A stretch of DNA of 64,000 nucleotides from Candidatus Freyarchaeum deiterrae (GTDB taxonomy: Archaea > Asgardarchaeota > Jordiarchaeia > Jordiarchaeales > Jordiarchaeaceae). This document shows positions 20,097 to 30,481 of this stretch, one piece after another (the stretch's first letter is position 1; each line of letters begins with the position of its first letter). The stretch covers positions 1,152,001 to 1,216,000 of the forward strand of contig CP147778.1 of assembly GCA_037305845.1 (NCBI GenBank), read 5' to 3'. Below the pieces are notes generated by a model, which was not told the DNA's origin, did not search any database, and worked only from the letters and a program-made list of their open reading frames with translations. The position numbers and the translations under genes were made by a program.

Positions 20097-21161
20097 TTGG
20101 AATTCGCACAAATAGTAGATGATTTATCAAAAAAAGTCAATCAAGTTTTAACTTCGTTTTTAGATAGAAAAATTTCAGCGGCGCCTTCTACCTATCACAA
20201 GACGTATTACTCAAATATTAAAGAGTATATTTTGAGAGGAGGAAAAAAGCTCAGACCCATTTCTCTAATTCAGGCTTATCGAAGTGTAGCGGACTCTAAT
20301 GGGAAGATATTTCTTCCTTCTATTTCCGTTGAGTTACTTCACAACGCTACATTAATTCATGATGATCTCATAGACCATGATGAGCTTCGTAGGAATGGCC
20401 CTACTTTCCACGTGAATTATAGAGAATGGTATAAAAGAGAGGTATCATCGGACGGAAAAGCCGAAGACTTTGGAAGCACCATGGCTATTCTGGGTGGAAA
20501 CACAACCTATAATTTAGGTATTGAAGCCCTTCTTTCTTCCAAGTTTCCTCCTAATATTATTTGTGAGACTGTTAACCTGTACCAAAATGTTTTCCAAGAA
20601 CTAATTGAAGGGGTCATGTTCGAGAGCGTGATTCAGAGAAGAGATGATGTAACCATAGAAGATTATTTAACAATGATAAAAATGAAAACTTCCGCTCTAT
20701 TAGAGAAGTCTATACAAATCGGGGCAGTGCTCGGAGGAGCCAAATCGAGCCAAATTAAGGCATTAAAGGATTACGCAGTGTTAATGGGCCAAGCTTTTCA
20801 AATTCAGGATGACGTATTAGGAACATTTGGGGAGGAATCTGATACCGGAAAACCTGTTGATGGAGATATTAAGGAAGGTAAAAGAACAATTTTGGTAGTT
20901 CAAGCTTTTAGCAGTGCGTCTCCTAAAGAACTAAACGTTCTCAATAAGATATTAGGTAATTCGAATGCAAATCCAAGTGAGGTGGAAAGAGTTAGAAAAA
21001 TATTTCAAGATACCGGAGCTCTTGAAAACTCTAAAAAAATGGCATTGCAACTGAAGGAAGAAGCAAAAAAAAGACTACTTAAAGCCAAACCACCATTGAA
21101 TGATGAGCCCAAGCAATTTTTCTCAACACTGGCAGATTTCGTAGTAAGCAGGATTAAATAA
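20097..21161 (+). CDS. Polyprenyl diphosphate synthase (GGPP synthase-like)
   Basis: GGKKLRP, FARM LIHDDLID..RR, KT, SARM FQIQDDVL, GKPV.GDI.EGKRT. Confidence 0.9.
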   Translation: MEFAQIVDDLSKKVNQVLTSFLDRKISAAPSTYHKTYYSNIKEYILRGGKKLRPISLIQAYRSVADSNGKIFLPSISVELLHNATLIHDDLIDHDELRRNGPTFHVNYREWYKREVSSDGKAEDFGSTMAILGGNTTYNLGIEALLSSKFPPNIICETVNLYQNVFQELIEGVMFESVIQRRDDVTIEDYLTMIKMKTSALLEKSIQIGAVLGGAKSSQIKALKDYAVLMGQAFQIQDDVLGTFGEESDTGKPVDGDIKEGKRTILVVQAFSSASPKELNVLNKILGNSNANPSEVERVRKIFQDTGALENSKKMALQLKEEAKKRLLKAKPPLNDEPKQFFSTLADFVVSRIK

Positions 21162-21379
21162 ATACCAAAAATTTGGTCCGAAAATTAGAAAACAAAAAAT
21201 ATAACATTTAGAATTAAACATTACCCTTCCCCTTTAAGTATCCAGAGGTCACAAGTCATCAAGCCCACCGCATAAGTACTTTCGGAGGTAAAGTCAGACA
21301 CCCAAAATAGACCTCCAAAGTATTCTCCTTTTCAACTTTTTTGGCGAGTGTAACTTTTAGTTCGAAGTTCACGGAGTAT

Positions 21380-24300
21380 TTACTCGGTTGATCTTTTGAA
21401 TCTGATTTCTTCAGCCTTGGCTATTAGATTAGGTAGTATTATGTTTTGGTAAACTCTGGCGTACCCTTCTTCTTCGCTTATCACGGCAACTGGGATTTCG
21501 TTTGTTATTGCAGGTGCTAATAGTATCTCTGTTTGATCTCTTATACAGCCGTATAGATCTTGCTCACTCCTCTTCCATACTTTGATTCTCTTTTTTGAGA
21601 GCTCTGTTATCTCACTTTTTTGGTCCTCGGAAAAATAGGTTATTAGATGTATACTTACTGATTCTTCTTTCATGGTCAGCTCTTTGATAGGAATGTCTTG
21701 GATGTTTGGGACTATTATTGTTATGGTTTTGGTGGCTCTTTTTATCATATCTATTATGTGTGTTATTATTGATTCCTTGGTTACTAGGTTCCAAGTTTTT
21801 TGGGCTTCATTTGGCTTTGATTTTCCTAGTTCCTCCCAAGCCGCGGTTAGAAGTTCGGCTGTCACGCTCGAATGTTTTTCTGATTCTTCAAATAGTTTTG
21901 TAAAAGTAGAAGAGATTTCGTTTATGTATGTCGCAATTTTGTTTTGTGTATTTTCGAGATTTGAGTCAAGATTCTCTTGTATTTTTCCCGTTGCTTCCTT
22001 AACGTCGTTTTCATGTGTGATAATATTTTCATTAAGTTTGTTTTGAATCTCGCTCATTATTTCTTTAAATGTTTGAGAATAGTTAGTTATTGTCTCTACT
22101 ATTTTTTCTTTGGTTTCACTAATTGTTTTGTTGTAATCTTCTAATTCGTTTTTGATTATTTTGGAAGATTTTTCCCTAGAATTTGAAGTTTTATCGCGTA
22201 GTTCATTCATGTAATTGTTTAGGGATTCAACCAAAGAAGATTTAAGAGATTCTGATTGTTGTTCGTTTTCTCGGATATAATTTTTTATGGTATCGTTTAT
22301 TGAAGTTCTAGCAATCTTTAACGTTTCTTCTATGCTCTGAGAATTATTTTTAATTGTGTTTTCTGTTTCTTCTTTCGTTGAATTTATTATAGAGTTGTTT
22401 TCTGCTATTAGTTTTTGAATTGTTTCTTCCGCTTCTAGTTTAGCGGTTTCCGTGTCGCTCATTAGTTTTTCCTGTTGTCTTTTCATTAGAATTGCAATTT
22501 CTTCGTTTAGAATTCCCATTTTGCCTTGATAATCCTCAAGTTCCGATCGTGTATTGTCTAATGCATTTTGGACAGAACGCTCTTTTGCGTCTCTAGTTAT
22601 TTTTATTAATTCCGAAACATTTTCGAGCAACGATTTACGACTCTTATCTATTGTTTCTTTAGTACTGCGGATATGACCGCTAAATGTGTTATTCGCTTCG
22701 TCGAAGAGAACAGAATCTACTTTTTTTAGTGCATGTTTTTCTCCTTCAATTTTTTCATGTATGCCTTCCGTTAGCTTTTCATTTTCTACTTTCCTTTCTT
22801 CTAATTTTTTATTTATCGTAGAAGAAAAGTTATTTTTCACTTGGTTAATTTCCTTTTCTAAATATTCCAACTTACTCTTAATATTTTGTTCAACAACATT
22901 TTTTAAATTGTTTATAGACTTTTGATTCTCAAGCATGGAATTTATTTGGATTGTTAATTCACTCTCAGTTTTGTACTCGGCCTTTTTGATTAATTCAAAC
23001 TTCTCATTTAAAGAACTAACAATAGTATTTTCTAGAGCGGTAATACTTTCTTGAAATTCGTTTATACCACCATTGACTATGGTTTCCATTACATTTTTTG
23101 CGTCCCGAATTTTTGCATCGAATTCATCTATGTACTGTTTTAAGTTTTCAGTTATCCTATCATTTAGCTCATTTGCTAGTTGATTGGTCTCTTTTGATTG
23201 TGTGTTTAGCATTTTTTCTACGTCTTCCCCTAGTCTTTCCAAGCTCTGGCCTATCGAAATTATTTTTTCGTCGATTGTGCTATGAAAGCTTTCCTTCATA
23301 TTTTGCACTTGGGTTTCAAACTCAGAGAACCGTTGATCCAACATGCTTTTAATACTTGAATTCAGGTCACCAGTATCTTTTTTGAAGGATTCTACATTTT
23401 TAGAGATAAATTCTGAGAAGCTTTTTATTTTCTGCACTTTGTTTTCACCAATTAAGTTGCTGAAGTTTGCGATTATGTAATCTATGATACTCGTAATTTT
23501 TTTCTGTGAGAGTTCAAAACCGGTGGACTCACCTTCAAGTCTCCTGCTTATGGCTTCAGAGGTCTGACGCTTTATCTCTTCAGCATAGTCTCCTAGACTT
23601 GCGGTTTTCTTATTTAGGTCATCTACGTCTTTTTTGAACCGTTCTGCCTCTCTTTTAATTTCTTCAAGGTCTAAATTTAGAGTTTCAGAAAATTTTTCTC
23701 GTATATTCTTAGTAGTATTTTCAAAAGTCTTTATTTTGGAATCAATATTCTGAGGTATGTCTCTTGAAACTGTTTGCGCGGAGTTTAGTAGGCTTGATTT
23801 GGACTCTTCTAATGAAACTAGAAGGATATTTTGCATATTTTTTAGGTTGCCAGAATATATTCTGAAATCTGAATGCAGATTCTCTTTAGTATTATTTTCG
23901 ATATTTGCTAAACTTGAATTTATTTTCTGAACGTTTTCTCGGAACGATTCTCTTATTTTTTCTAGCTTTTCAGCAGTTTTAGTATTTATACCGAGTTGTT
24001 GATTAAGAGTATCTGAATAATAATTTTGGAGTTTGTTGCCAGTGTCAAACAAATTTTCAGTTCCAGCGTCTATTGTCTTCACAAATTCATTTTGAAAAGC
24101 TAAATATTCCCCGCTAAGCAATTCCATATGCGAATCTAAGTAGCCATCAATGGTTGCCTTAACTTCTTCAATTATCGAAGAAGCACTAGAATATTCCATG
24201 CTAATTACTTCTGTTAATTTTTCAGTAATCGATTCGATGTTTTTTTCGTGGTTTTTAAATAATCTGTTTAGAGCTTTGCTTGTCAAGTAATAAAAATGCG

Positions 24301-25300
24301 AAAGTATTTTTGCATTCTCTATTGAGTTTTTCAAAATAGTTTTTTCAATATTATCAGTAAGCAGGTTCAATTTTTCTTTTCTGCTTTTGATTTGATTCTG
24401 AAAATTTTTATCTATAGAGGATAAAAATTCCACCACGCTGCTAGCGAAATCATTTTGCCGAGCATATAAAATAGAAAGAGTTTTGTTTTTTGCTTTATCT
24501 GATAGCTCATCAAATTTTAACGAACTCTTTTCGAGTAGATCAATACTTTTAGTCTCTAATTGCTTTAGGCTTTCCAAAAGTGTTTGGTAGTTTTGGGATA
24601 GTGTTTTTTGTATATTTTCGTTTATATCCTGAATATTGTTAAAATAATTCTTGAAATTGCTATCAATACTTTCCATTAGTTTTTTTTCTCTTGCCTCTTT
24701 CTCCTTTTCGCTCTTCTCAGCTTGCATGCCTAAGATATTCTGTAAATCATTCTCGTATTCCTGAATTCTAGTATTGTAGAGCTCAGATTGGCTTTCAATA
24801 GCGTCAGTGATTTTTTTTACTCTTTTTTCTGCTTCTTTTTCTAGTGTTCCAGAAGTTTGCAGGGTGAGGTTTTCTAGATTTTTGGCTGTCGTTGCGTTTT
24901 CTCTGCTAATTTTAGCAAATTCTGTATCTATAATATTTTTCGAATCGCTCCTCCAAGCAGTTACTAAGCTTTCTAATTCCGCCAAAGTTTCCTTAAACTT
25001 TTGATCTATATTTTTTCCAATGCTTTCAGTTTCTTTCCTAAAGGTTTCTAATGTTTCCCCGAGGTTCTTAAATGGTGGTGATATAGAATATCTTTCTACA
25101 ATTCCAGGCATTTTTCTTACAATTTGCTGTTTTTCCAGCTTTTCAAGCAAAGGCTCCACTACAGCAATAGGAAAATCAGTGTATACACCTATTTCTCCAG
25201 GCGTGAGAGTACCGTTAAGTAAAATGACTTCATATAATTTTGCTTCCTCGCTACTTAAACCTATATTTTCCATAATTGTCTGGGTAACCGATGACGCCAA
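21380..25300 (-). CDS. Giant TrmB-like protein: N-terminal wHTH, ~1,100-aa coiled coil, C-terminal TrmB effector-type domain
   Basis: IGLSSEEAKLYEVILLNGTLTPGEI..LEKQQIVR..YSISPP N-terminus; long E/K/L/N-rich helical middle; C-terminus WNLVTKESIITHIIDMIKRATKTITIIVP parallels WTMHGKPNIINKIEEMLIGAKQYVMLSFP of the TrmB at 11618. Confidence 0.7.
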   Translation of the reverse strand: MASSVTQTIMENIGLSSEEAKLYEVILLNGTLTPGEIGVYTDFPIAVVEPLLEKLEKQQIVRKMPGIVERYSISPPFKNLGETLETFRKETESIGKNIDQKFKETLAELESLVTAWRSDSKNIIDTEFAKISRENATTAKNLENLTLQTSGTLEKEAEKRVKKITDAIESQSELYNTRIQEYENDLQNILGMQAEKSEKEKEAREKKLMESIDSNFKNYFNNIQDINENIQKTLSQNYQTLLESLKQLETKSIDLLEKSSLKFDELSDKAKNKTLSILYARQNDFASSVVEFLSSIDKNFQNQIKSRKEKLNLLTDNIEKTILKNSIENAKILSHFYYLTSKALNRLFKNHEKNIESITEKLTEVISMEYSSASSIIEEVKATIDGYLDSHMELLSGEYLAFQNEFVKTIDAGTENLFDTGNKLQNYYSDTLNQQLGINTKTAEKLEKIRESFRENVQKINSSLANIENNTKENLHSDFRIYSGNLKNMQNILLVSLEESKSSLLNSAQTVSRDIPQNIDSKIKTFENTTKNIREKFSETLNLDLEEIKREAERFKKDVDDLNKKTASLGDYAEEIKRQTSEAISRRLEGESTGFELSQKKITSIIDYIIANFSNLIGENKVQKIKSFSEFISKNVESFKKDTGDLNSSIKSMLDQRFSEFETQVQNMKESFHSTIDEKIISIGQSLERLGEDVEKMLNTQSKETNQLANELNDRITENLKQYIDEFDAKIRDAKNVMETIVNGGINEFQESITALENTIVSSLNEKFELIKKAEYKTESELTIQINSMLENQKSINNLKNVVEQNIKSKLEYLEKEINQVKNNFSSTINKKLEERKVENEKLTEGIHEKIEGEKHALKKVDSVLFDEANNTFSGHIRSTKETIDKSRKSLLENVSELIKITRDAKERSVQNALDNTRSELEDYQGKMGILNEEIAILMKRQQEKLMSDTETAKLEAEETIQKLIAENNSIINSTKEETENTIKNNSQSIEETLKIARTSINDTIKNYIRENEQQSESLKSSLVESLNNYMNELRDKTSNSREKSSKIIKNELEDYNKTISETKEKIVETITNYSQTFKEIMSEIQNKLNENIITHENDVKEATGKIQENLDSNLENTQNKIATYINEISSTFTKLFEESEKHSSVTAELLTAAWEELGKSKPNEAQKTWNLVTKESIITHIIDMIKRATKTITIIVPNIQDIPIKELTMKEESVSIHLITYFSEDQKSEITELSKKRIKVWKRSEQDLYGCIRDQTEILLAPAITNEIPVAVISEEEGYARVYQNIILPNLIAKAEEIRFKRSTE

Positions 25301-25498
25301 CTCCGAAACACCTCTAAACTAAAAAATGATTCATTAAATTGAATAAATGTTTTAGTATATGGTATATGGTAAAAAGGAGGTAGTACATAAAAGGATTCTT
25401 TAATCTTAAAAATAGTCTTAAAAATTTATCATTGGGAAATTGAAAGTTTTAGAGAGATATAAGAAGGTTATCAAAATTGATAAAATCGTTGGGAAGGC

Positions 25499-26887
25499 TT
25501 ACTTGTAAGCGTATATTAAACTGATTTCCTTCTTTTCTTTGGGACCGAGAGGTATTATCCATATGAAGCTATTCTCAACATCTTTTTGAGGGCTGTGTGT
25601 TGCGTTTATTATTTCTGGACGTACGTTTTCTGGAGCTTTGTCGTTTATCAATACAATTATTGGTTCGTTTCTTCGGTTTTCTACTTTGAATTTCGTAAGG
25701 TATTTTCTAGAGAAATCTTCGTTTGGCTCTCCGTCTTTGTTGTTAAGTTTTTCTTGTTCTTTTCCTGTGTTCACATCAGAGGCATATCCAATCTTGATTC
25801 TTGCTTCTTCATTTGTTGGGGTAAATTCAATTTTTCCTTCGCTCGCGAACTGAGCTTTTTCCCAGTAAACCACGGAACCGGGAGCCCAGCCTAATTCTTG
25901 GTTATTCGTGATTTTCAGAAAAAGAATTGGCTTGGATTCTGATGTATTCCAAAGATATTCACGACTTCCCTCTATTGTTCCTTGTATTATGGGAATTAAA
26001 ACAGAGGACATTTTGGGAATGGTTAAGGCTTCAGAAATATGATATTTATATGAAACAAATTGTTGTTTCATCGGTATAACTTCCGGGTTATCCGCCTCAT
26101 TGTTTTTCGTCTTATGTGTATAAATCTGAATCTTTGATTCGGGAGCCGTTCCTACCTCCAAATCGACTGAAACATCCTTCCAATCTTCTGCAGTAGGATT
26201 TCTAACGATGCCCCAACCGTAAAGTATGAATTCCCCATCTAGTTCATGGATATGGTATATCATGTCCCATTTTTCCAGTTTCTGTAAATATCGGATAATT
26301 ATATCATGAGCTTCTTTTCCATCTTTACCAGGGTCTAACTCCCATCCAATCGTTGCCTTCGCTTCTCCTCGTGTTTGACTTTGATGAATTTTTTTAATAA
26401 TGTTTTTGTGTGGAACAAGTTTATCAATGTCGTTCATAGGTAGTCGGATAATTTTATTTTCCTCACTTAATAGAATCAGTTCATCAGTTCTCTCAACGGA
26501 ATTATTAGTAATTATTATATGACCATTGGTTTCGGAGCCTAAAATAAGTCCGGTAATTTCCTCTCCGCCCTTGGTTATTATGGTGGTTTCCTCGTTTATT
26601 GAGCCTTCTATGATGCTTGAGAAAGCTCTACCTGATTCTATACGTAGTTCATTTTCCGAGGTTTCGAAACCGTTTCCTGAAATTTCATACTGTATTTTTT
26701 TAACCGCTCCACCATCGATGTCAATAACCATTATTGTTCTTAACACGTTATTTAAATCATTCAAATCAAAATCAAGTGAATAAAGAATTCCTTCTTTTAC
26801 TGGAACAGATCCCTGCCTCTCTACTATCGAAACTCCATCTGAAAAGAGGCTAACATTCTTGACCGGAATTTTTTTGGACACATCCAT
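25499..26887 (-). CDS. DUF4139-domain-like protein
   Basis: PVKNVSLFSDGVSIVER N-terminus; GWGIVRNPTAEDWKDVSVDL; C-terminal WIIPLGPKEKKEISLIY. Confidence 0.7.
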   Translation of the reverse strand: MDVSKKIPVKNVSLFSDGVSIVERQGSVPVKEGILYSLDFDLNDLNNVLRTIMVIDIDGGAVKKIQYEISGNGFETSENELRIESGRAFSSIIEGSINEETTIITKGGEEITGLILGSETNGHIIITNNSVERTDELILLSEENKIIRLPMNDIDKLVPHKNIIKKIHQSQTRGEAKATIGWELDPGKDGKEAHDIIIRYLQKLEKWDMIYHIHELDGEFILYGWGIVRNPTAEDWKDVSVDLEVGTAPESKIQIYTHKTKNNEADNPEVIPMKQQFVSYKYHISEALTIPKMSSVLIPIIQGTIEGSREYLWNTSESKPILFLKITNNQELGWAPGSVVYWEKAQFASEGKIEFTPTNEEARIKIGYASDVNTGKEQEKLNNKDGEPNEDFSRKYLTKFKVENRRNEPIIVLINDKAPENVRPEIINATHSPQKDVENSFIWIIPLGPKEKKEISLIYAYK

Positions 26888-27224
26888 AATATCTTCCCCA
26901 GAATTTTTACTCCTTTTATGAGGAGAATTTAATTAACGGTGCTTAAAATTTAAGGTCAATGAATACGTTTTCTATCTGGCAATGTTCGGATTCTACTTAT
27001 TTTTCACATTTAATTCTCTTTGTAATCTCTTTGTAATATCAGCTGAGTAAGAGAAAAAGATCCGAAATCCTAAAAGTCAAGTGAATTAATTTTTAATTGA
27101 ATAAAATTTATATGTTTTAATACAATGCGAAACAATCCGTATATTGTTTGAAGTATAACTAATGTAGAAACAGATTCATTTTTAAGTTTTCATTCGTAAC
27201 TATTAATCTGGAGGAAGTTAACCA

Positions 27225-28193
27225 ATGAGTGACAAACAACAGCAAGCAATCAGAGAGCTACTTGCCAAGATTATTAAGGACACCATACAAGAGAGTGTAG
27301 AGCCTCCCATCCGCACTTTAATAAAGAGTATACAAATGATCCGTGACCGAGTTAACGAGCTTGAGGCATCGGTTGAAAGCGTGATTACAGATCAGGGTGG
27401 AAAAATCGACAAACTCAGAGATGAAATGAATATGCTATCTGAAACAGCGCAAAAACTAGAAGATATGTTACAAGAAATGCCAAATTCACCCAAAACAATT
27501 AGCGACTCAGAAGAGAAGTCAGTTTCAGAATTGAAACCTGTCGAAACTCCGCCCGCGAAAATTGTTAACAGCACCAAGTCAAACGCGGAAACTATTTCCA
27601 CAACAGAGTCAAAAGAAAATGCCACAAAAAGAAAAATAACAGAGGAGAAGATCAAAGCATTATTTAATAAATTAGAACAGGTTCTACCTTCACCCGAACC
27701 CGAAGTGAAAAAAGAAGTCATACCCACTAAAAAAGATGTAACTAAAATACTTGATAAACAAATCCCTGTTCAAAGGATGGAAAAAATTCGGGAACCAGTT
27801 CAAAAAGAAAACATTGAACCCATGGATAGTTTGTTAACTTCCAAACAGAGCGAAGAACAAACTCAATCAGATTTATTCGCAGAGTTTGATGAAACAGATG
27901 TAATAGCTAAGAAAAAGACTGCTGAAATTCCATTAGTTGAAAACGAAGAACTGTCCCCAGTTGAAAATCCTAGTTCTGATTCTAGAACCGTCCTTGATAA
28001 TTTAACCGTGGAACTGAGCGAGCTTGAGATTCAGAGATCCGATTTTGAAAGGAAACTCGGAGATATCGCATTCGATCGTATGCGTGGTCTAATAACTGAG
28101 GAAGAATACAAAACCAGAACACAAGAACTTAGGCAAAACTTAGAGCGTATATCTAAACGAATTGATCAAATTATGGATAGAATGAGATACTGA
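27225..28193 (+). CDS. Hypothetical coiled-coil protein with low-complexity linker and SHOCT-like C-terminus
   Basis: SD GGAGG at 27210; heptads at both ends; GLITEEEYKTRTQEL. Confidence 0.6.
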   Translation: MSDKQQQAIRELLAKIIKDTIQESVEPPIRTLIKSIQMIRDRVNELEASVESVITDQGGKIDKLRDEMNMLSETAQKLEDMLQEMPNSPKTISDSEEKSVSELKPVETPPAKIVNSTKSNAETISTTESKENATKRKITEEKIKALFNKLEQVLPSPEPEVKKEVIPTKKDVTKILDKQIPVQRMEKIREPVQKENIEPMDSLLTSKQSEEQTQSDLFAEFDETDVIAKKKTAEIPLVENEELSPVENPSSDSRTVLDNLTVELSELEIQRSDFERKLGDIAFDRMRGLITEEEYKTRTQELRQNLERISKRIDQIMDRMRY

Positions 28194-28301
28194 ACTTTTT
28201 CAGTTAAATTGACTAAATACATTATGATGATGGTTTCCAGTTGGCAGTATGATTAAATTATTTCCTAGACTTAATTTATAATTGAAAATAGAGTTAAAGG
28301 A

Positions 28302-28607
28302 TTGATAAAGCTCATAATATGGTTCGGTGGAAACTTGAAGTCTAAGGAATTTAAAGATGTTTGGGATTACCACTATACCACAAGCATGGGTAAAGGGGGA
28401 GAACAAATTACAGTAATTCACGCTATGGCACCAACAAAAAAGTTAGTTAGATTGGGGCTGAACGATTCAGTTAAGGTTAAGGAACTATGGTTAGAAGTTG
28501 TAAAGCAAGTTACTTATTTTAATGATAATGCGGCTAATACAGATTTTGAAATAAATTTTGAGGAAGACAATGTCGAAGTAACTATTACCATAACTCAAAA
28601 GCCGTAA
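28302..28607 (+). CDS. Hypothetical protein
   Basis: 101-aa ORF filling an intergenic gap, natural composition, AAGGGA upstream. Confidence 0.5.
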   Translation: MIKLIIWFGGNLKSKEFKDVWDYHYTTSMGKGGEQITVIHAMAPTKKLVRLGLNDSVKVKELWLEVVKQVTYFNDNAANTDFEINFEEDNVEVTITITQKP

Positions 28608-28810
28608 AAATATATACTAAGAGTCGGTTCTCAGGAACAATACAAGAGATTTATAATTATTTTAAAATTAGGCAATAAACTCACATCGAATAATGAGTAT
28701 AGTATTTTTACCTTATTATAAAAACTTATAAAACTCAAAATAACTAATTAAAACTTGAAGAGCTATAATTTTTGATGTGAAAGTTACCCGCACCGGTGGT
28801 GTAATTTAAT

Positions 28811-29425
28811 TTGATACATGGCATATACATTATCGAAGCCTCTAGTGGCATGTGTCTCATTTCCCGAAGTTATGGGGATGTGGCATTAGATGAGGGACTT
28901 GTTGGTGGGTTTCTAACGGCGTTACAGCAATTCTCATCGGAATTCTCTTCTCAGAAAGGCCAACCATCAATCCTCCGTGAAGTAGAGATGAAAGGGTACA
29001 CAATAGTGTACGAAAGACAGGAAAACACAATGGTTGCCGCAAGTGCTGATATAAGCGATGACGAGAAGGTTCTCCGCGATTCACTCGGCAGAATGATTAA
29101 TATTTTTAATCAGAGATTTGGTTCTTATCTCAAAGATTGGCGCGGTGATACCAAACTCTTCAAGGAATTTCTGCCTGAAATTGACAAATTAACCCTGGAT
29201 GGCAAGATTGCTGAGCTTGCAGTTCCTAAACCACTTCTTAAAAAGAAAATCCCAAAGGCCGCCGCTAAGATGGGGATGTTTTTGGATGAGGATAGTTTAA
29301 AGGTAGCTAACCTATGTGATGGAGCGAAATCCAAAGAAGAAATAGCCGAGGAAACTGGGTTTACTGTAGAAAAAGTGGGGGAAGTATTGGAAAAACTCGA
29401 AAAAATGGGTTTAATTGAAATGTAA
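28811..29425 (+). CDS. Longin-domain + C-terminal winged helix protein
   Basis: IHGIYIIEASSGMCLISRSY..DEGLVGGFLTALQQFSSE Asgard longin pattern; LCDGAKSKEEIAEETG wHTH. Confidence 0.72.
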   Translation: MIHGIYIIEASSGMCLISRSYGDVALDEGLVGGFLTALQQFSSEFSSQKGQPSILREVEMKGYTIVYERQENTMVAASADISDDEKVLRDSLGRMINIFNQRFGSYLKDWRGDTKLFKEFLPEIDKLTLDGKIAELAVPKPLLKKKIPKAAAKMGMFLDEDSLKVANLCDGAKSKEEIAEETGFTVEKVGEVLEKLEKMGLIEM

Positions 29426-29456
29426 CAACGAAACGCCTTTACTTTTCGAGTCTACT

Positions 29457-30344
29457 CTACTTCTTCTCTACTTCTTCATAGCGTATTCCATAGTATATCA
29501 GTACTAATGCGATCATTGCAAGTGCAGGTGCTAATATTGTTGATATGACTTCGGGTAAATATGTTTTGATTAGTGTTGCCTGAATCACTCTGCCAACATA
29601 GTAAATTGTGAAACCGAATCCTAAGAGAAGACCTCTTTTTCTTATGGTTCCTATTCCCTGCCAAGCCACGTAGAAGAATATTAACGGGACCGTAATCGCG
29701 TATATTGCAGCTAAACCATAATTCATTACAATGTATGCCCATCCACTCGGTTGATAGATAAAACCCAGAAGTGTAGGAAACTCGTAATTTAAGAAGGTTA
29801 TAAGTGGTTGTTGTGTAAAAATGAACTCCGGCGCAAAATAGTTTATTTGTCCTATTCCAAAGGAGAATAATAGATCTTCGGGTAATAAAATTATGACAAA
29901 CGCGGCTAATAGGGGTATTACTGGTACAATCCTTCGTAGAGTCTTATTATCTATAAGAGTTATACTTATACCCACTGTAAGCCAGCCTAGTGCTATCCAC
30001 TCCCAAAATGAGCCTAGACGCCAGTACAAGGGATTAATCCAAACTATCCATGGTAGTGGTACGCCCCAGTACATTGGATTAATCAGAGCATATAGAAGTG
30101 GGGAATCCGTGCTAATTGGGAATATTTCTGGAACTAAGAAGAAATCGTTAAACATGAAGAAGCCTCTGCCAACAGTTAGACAGAGGAAGAATACACCTAG
30201 ACAAAGCAAGAATATGTTTTTCGTCTGTCGCCACTTGAAGAAGTATAAGTAAACAAAGATCAAAAGATAAAAGCCAATAGTAGCAAACCATAATCCTAAA
30301 CCTATAGCATCCGTTGCATACGAACTTGGAATCATGATTAACAC
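29457..30344 (-). CDS. Seven-TM membrane protein (sensor-like, no cytoplasmic output domain)
   Basis: Seven hydrophobic segments can be counted; RKRGLLLGFG basic loop before TM6. Confidence 0.6.
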   Translation of the reverse strand: MLIMIPSSYATDAIGLGLWFATIGFYLLIFVYLYFFKWRQTKNIFLLCLGVFFLCLTVGRGFFMFNDFFLVPEIFPISTDSPLLYALINPMYWGVPLPWIVWINPLYWRLGSFWEWIALGWLTVGISITLIDNKTLRRIVPVIPLLAAFVIILLPEDLLFSFGIGQINYFAPEFIFTQQPLITFLNYEFPTLLGFIYQPSGWAYIVMNYGLAAIYAITVPLIFFYVAWQGIGTIRKRGLLLGFGFTIYYVGRVIQATLIKTYLPEVISTILAPALAMIALVLIYYGIRYEEVEKK

Positions 30345-30481
30345 CTAAAATTGATTTTTAACGTATATATCTCTATTTTCTACAATTTAAATTTAAGCTA
30401 TGCGAAATACCCATAAAGGCGTATAATTTCGAAGAATATGGTAGGAAGCTTTTACAATATTTAAATATAAAGCATGTAAAA

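Noticed and set aside
21230-21300. C/D box sRNA on the minus strand
   Set aside because: CTGA precedes TGATGA, with no convincing terminal C and D boxes at normal spacing.
21380-25300. SMC/Rad50 or chemoreceptor
   Set aside because: No Walker A/B, signature, hinge or zinc-hook motif, and no MCP hairpin motif or TM helices.
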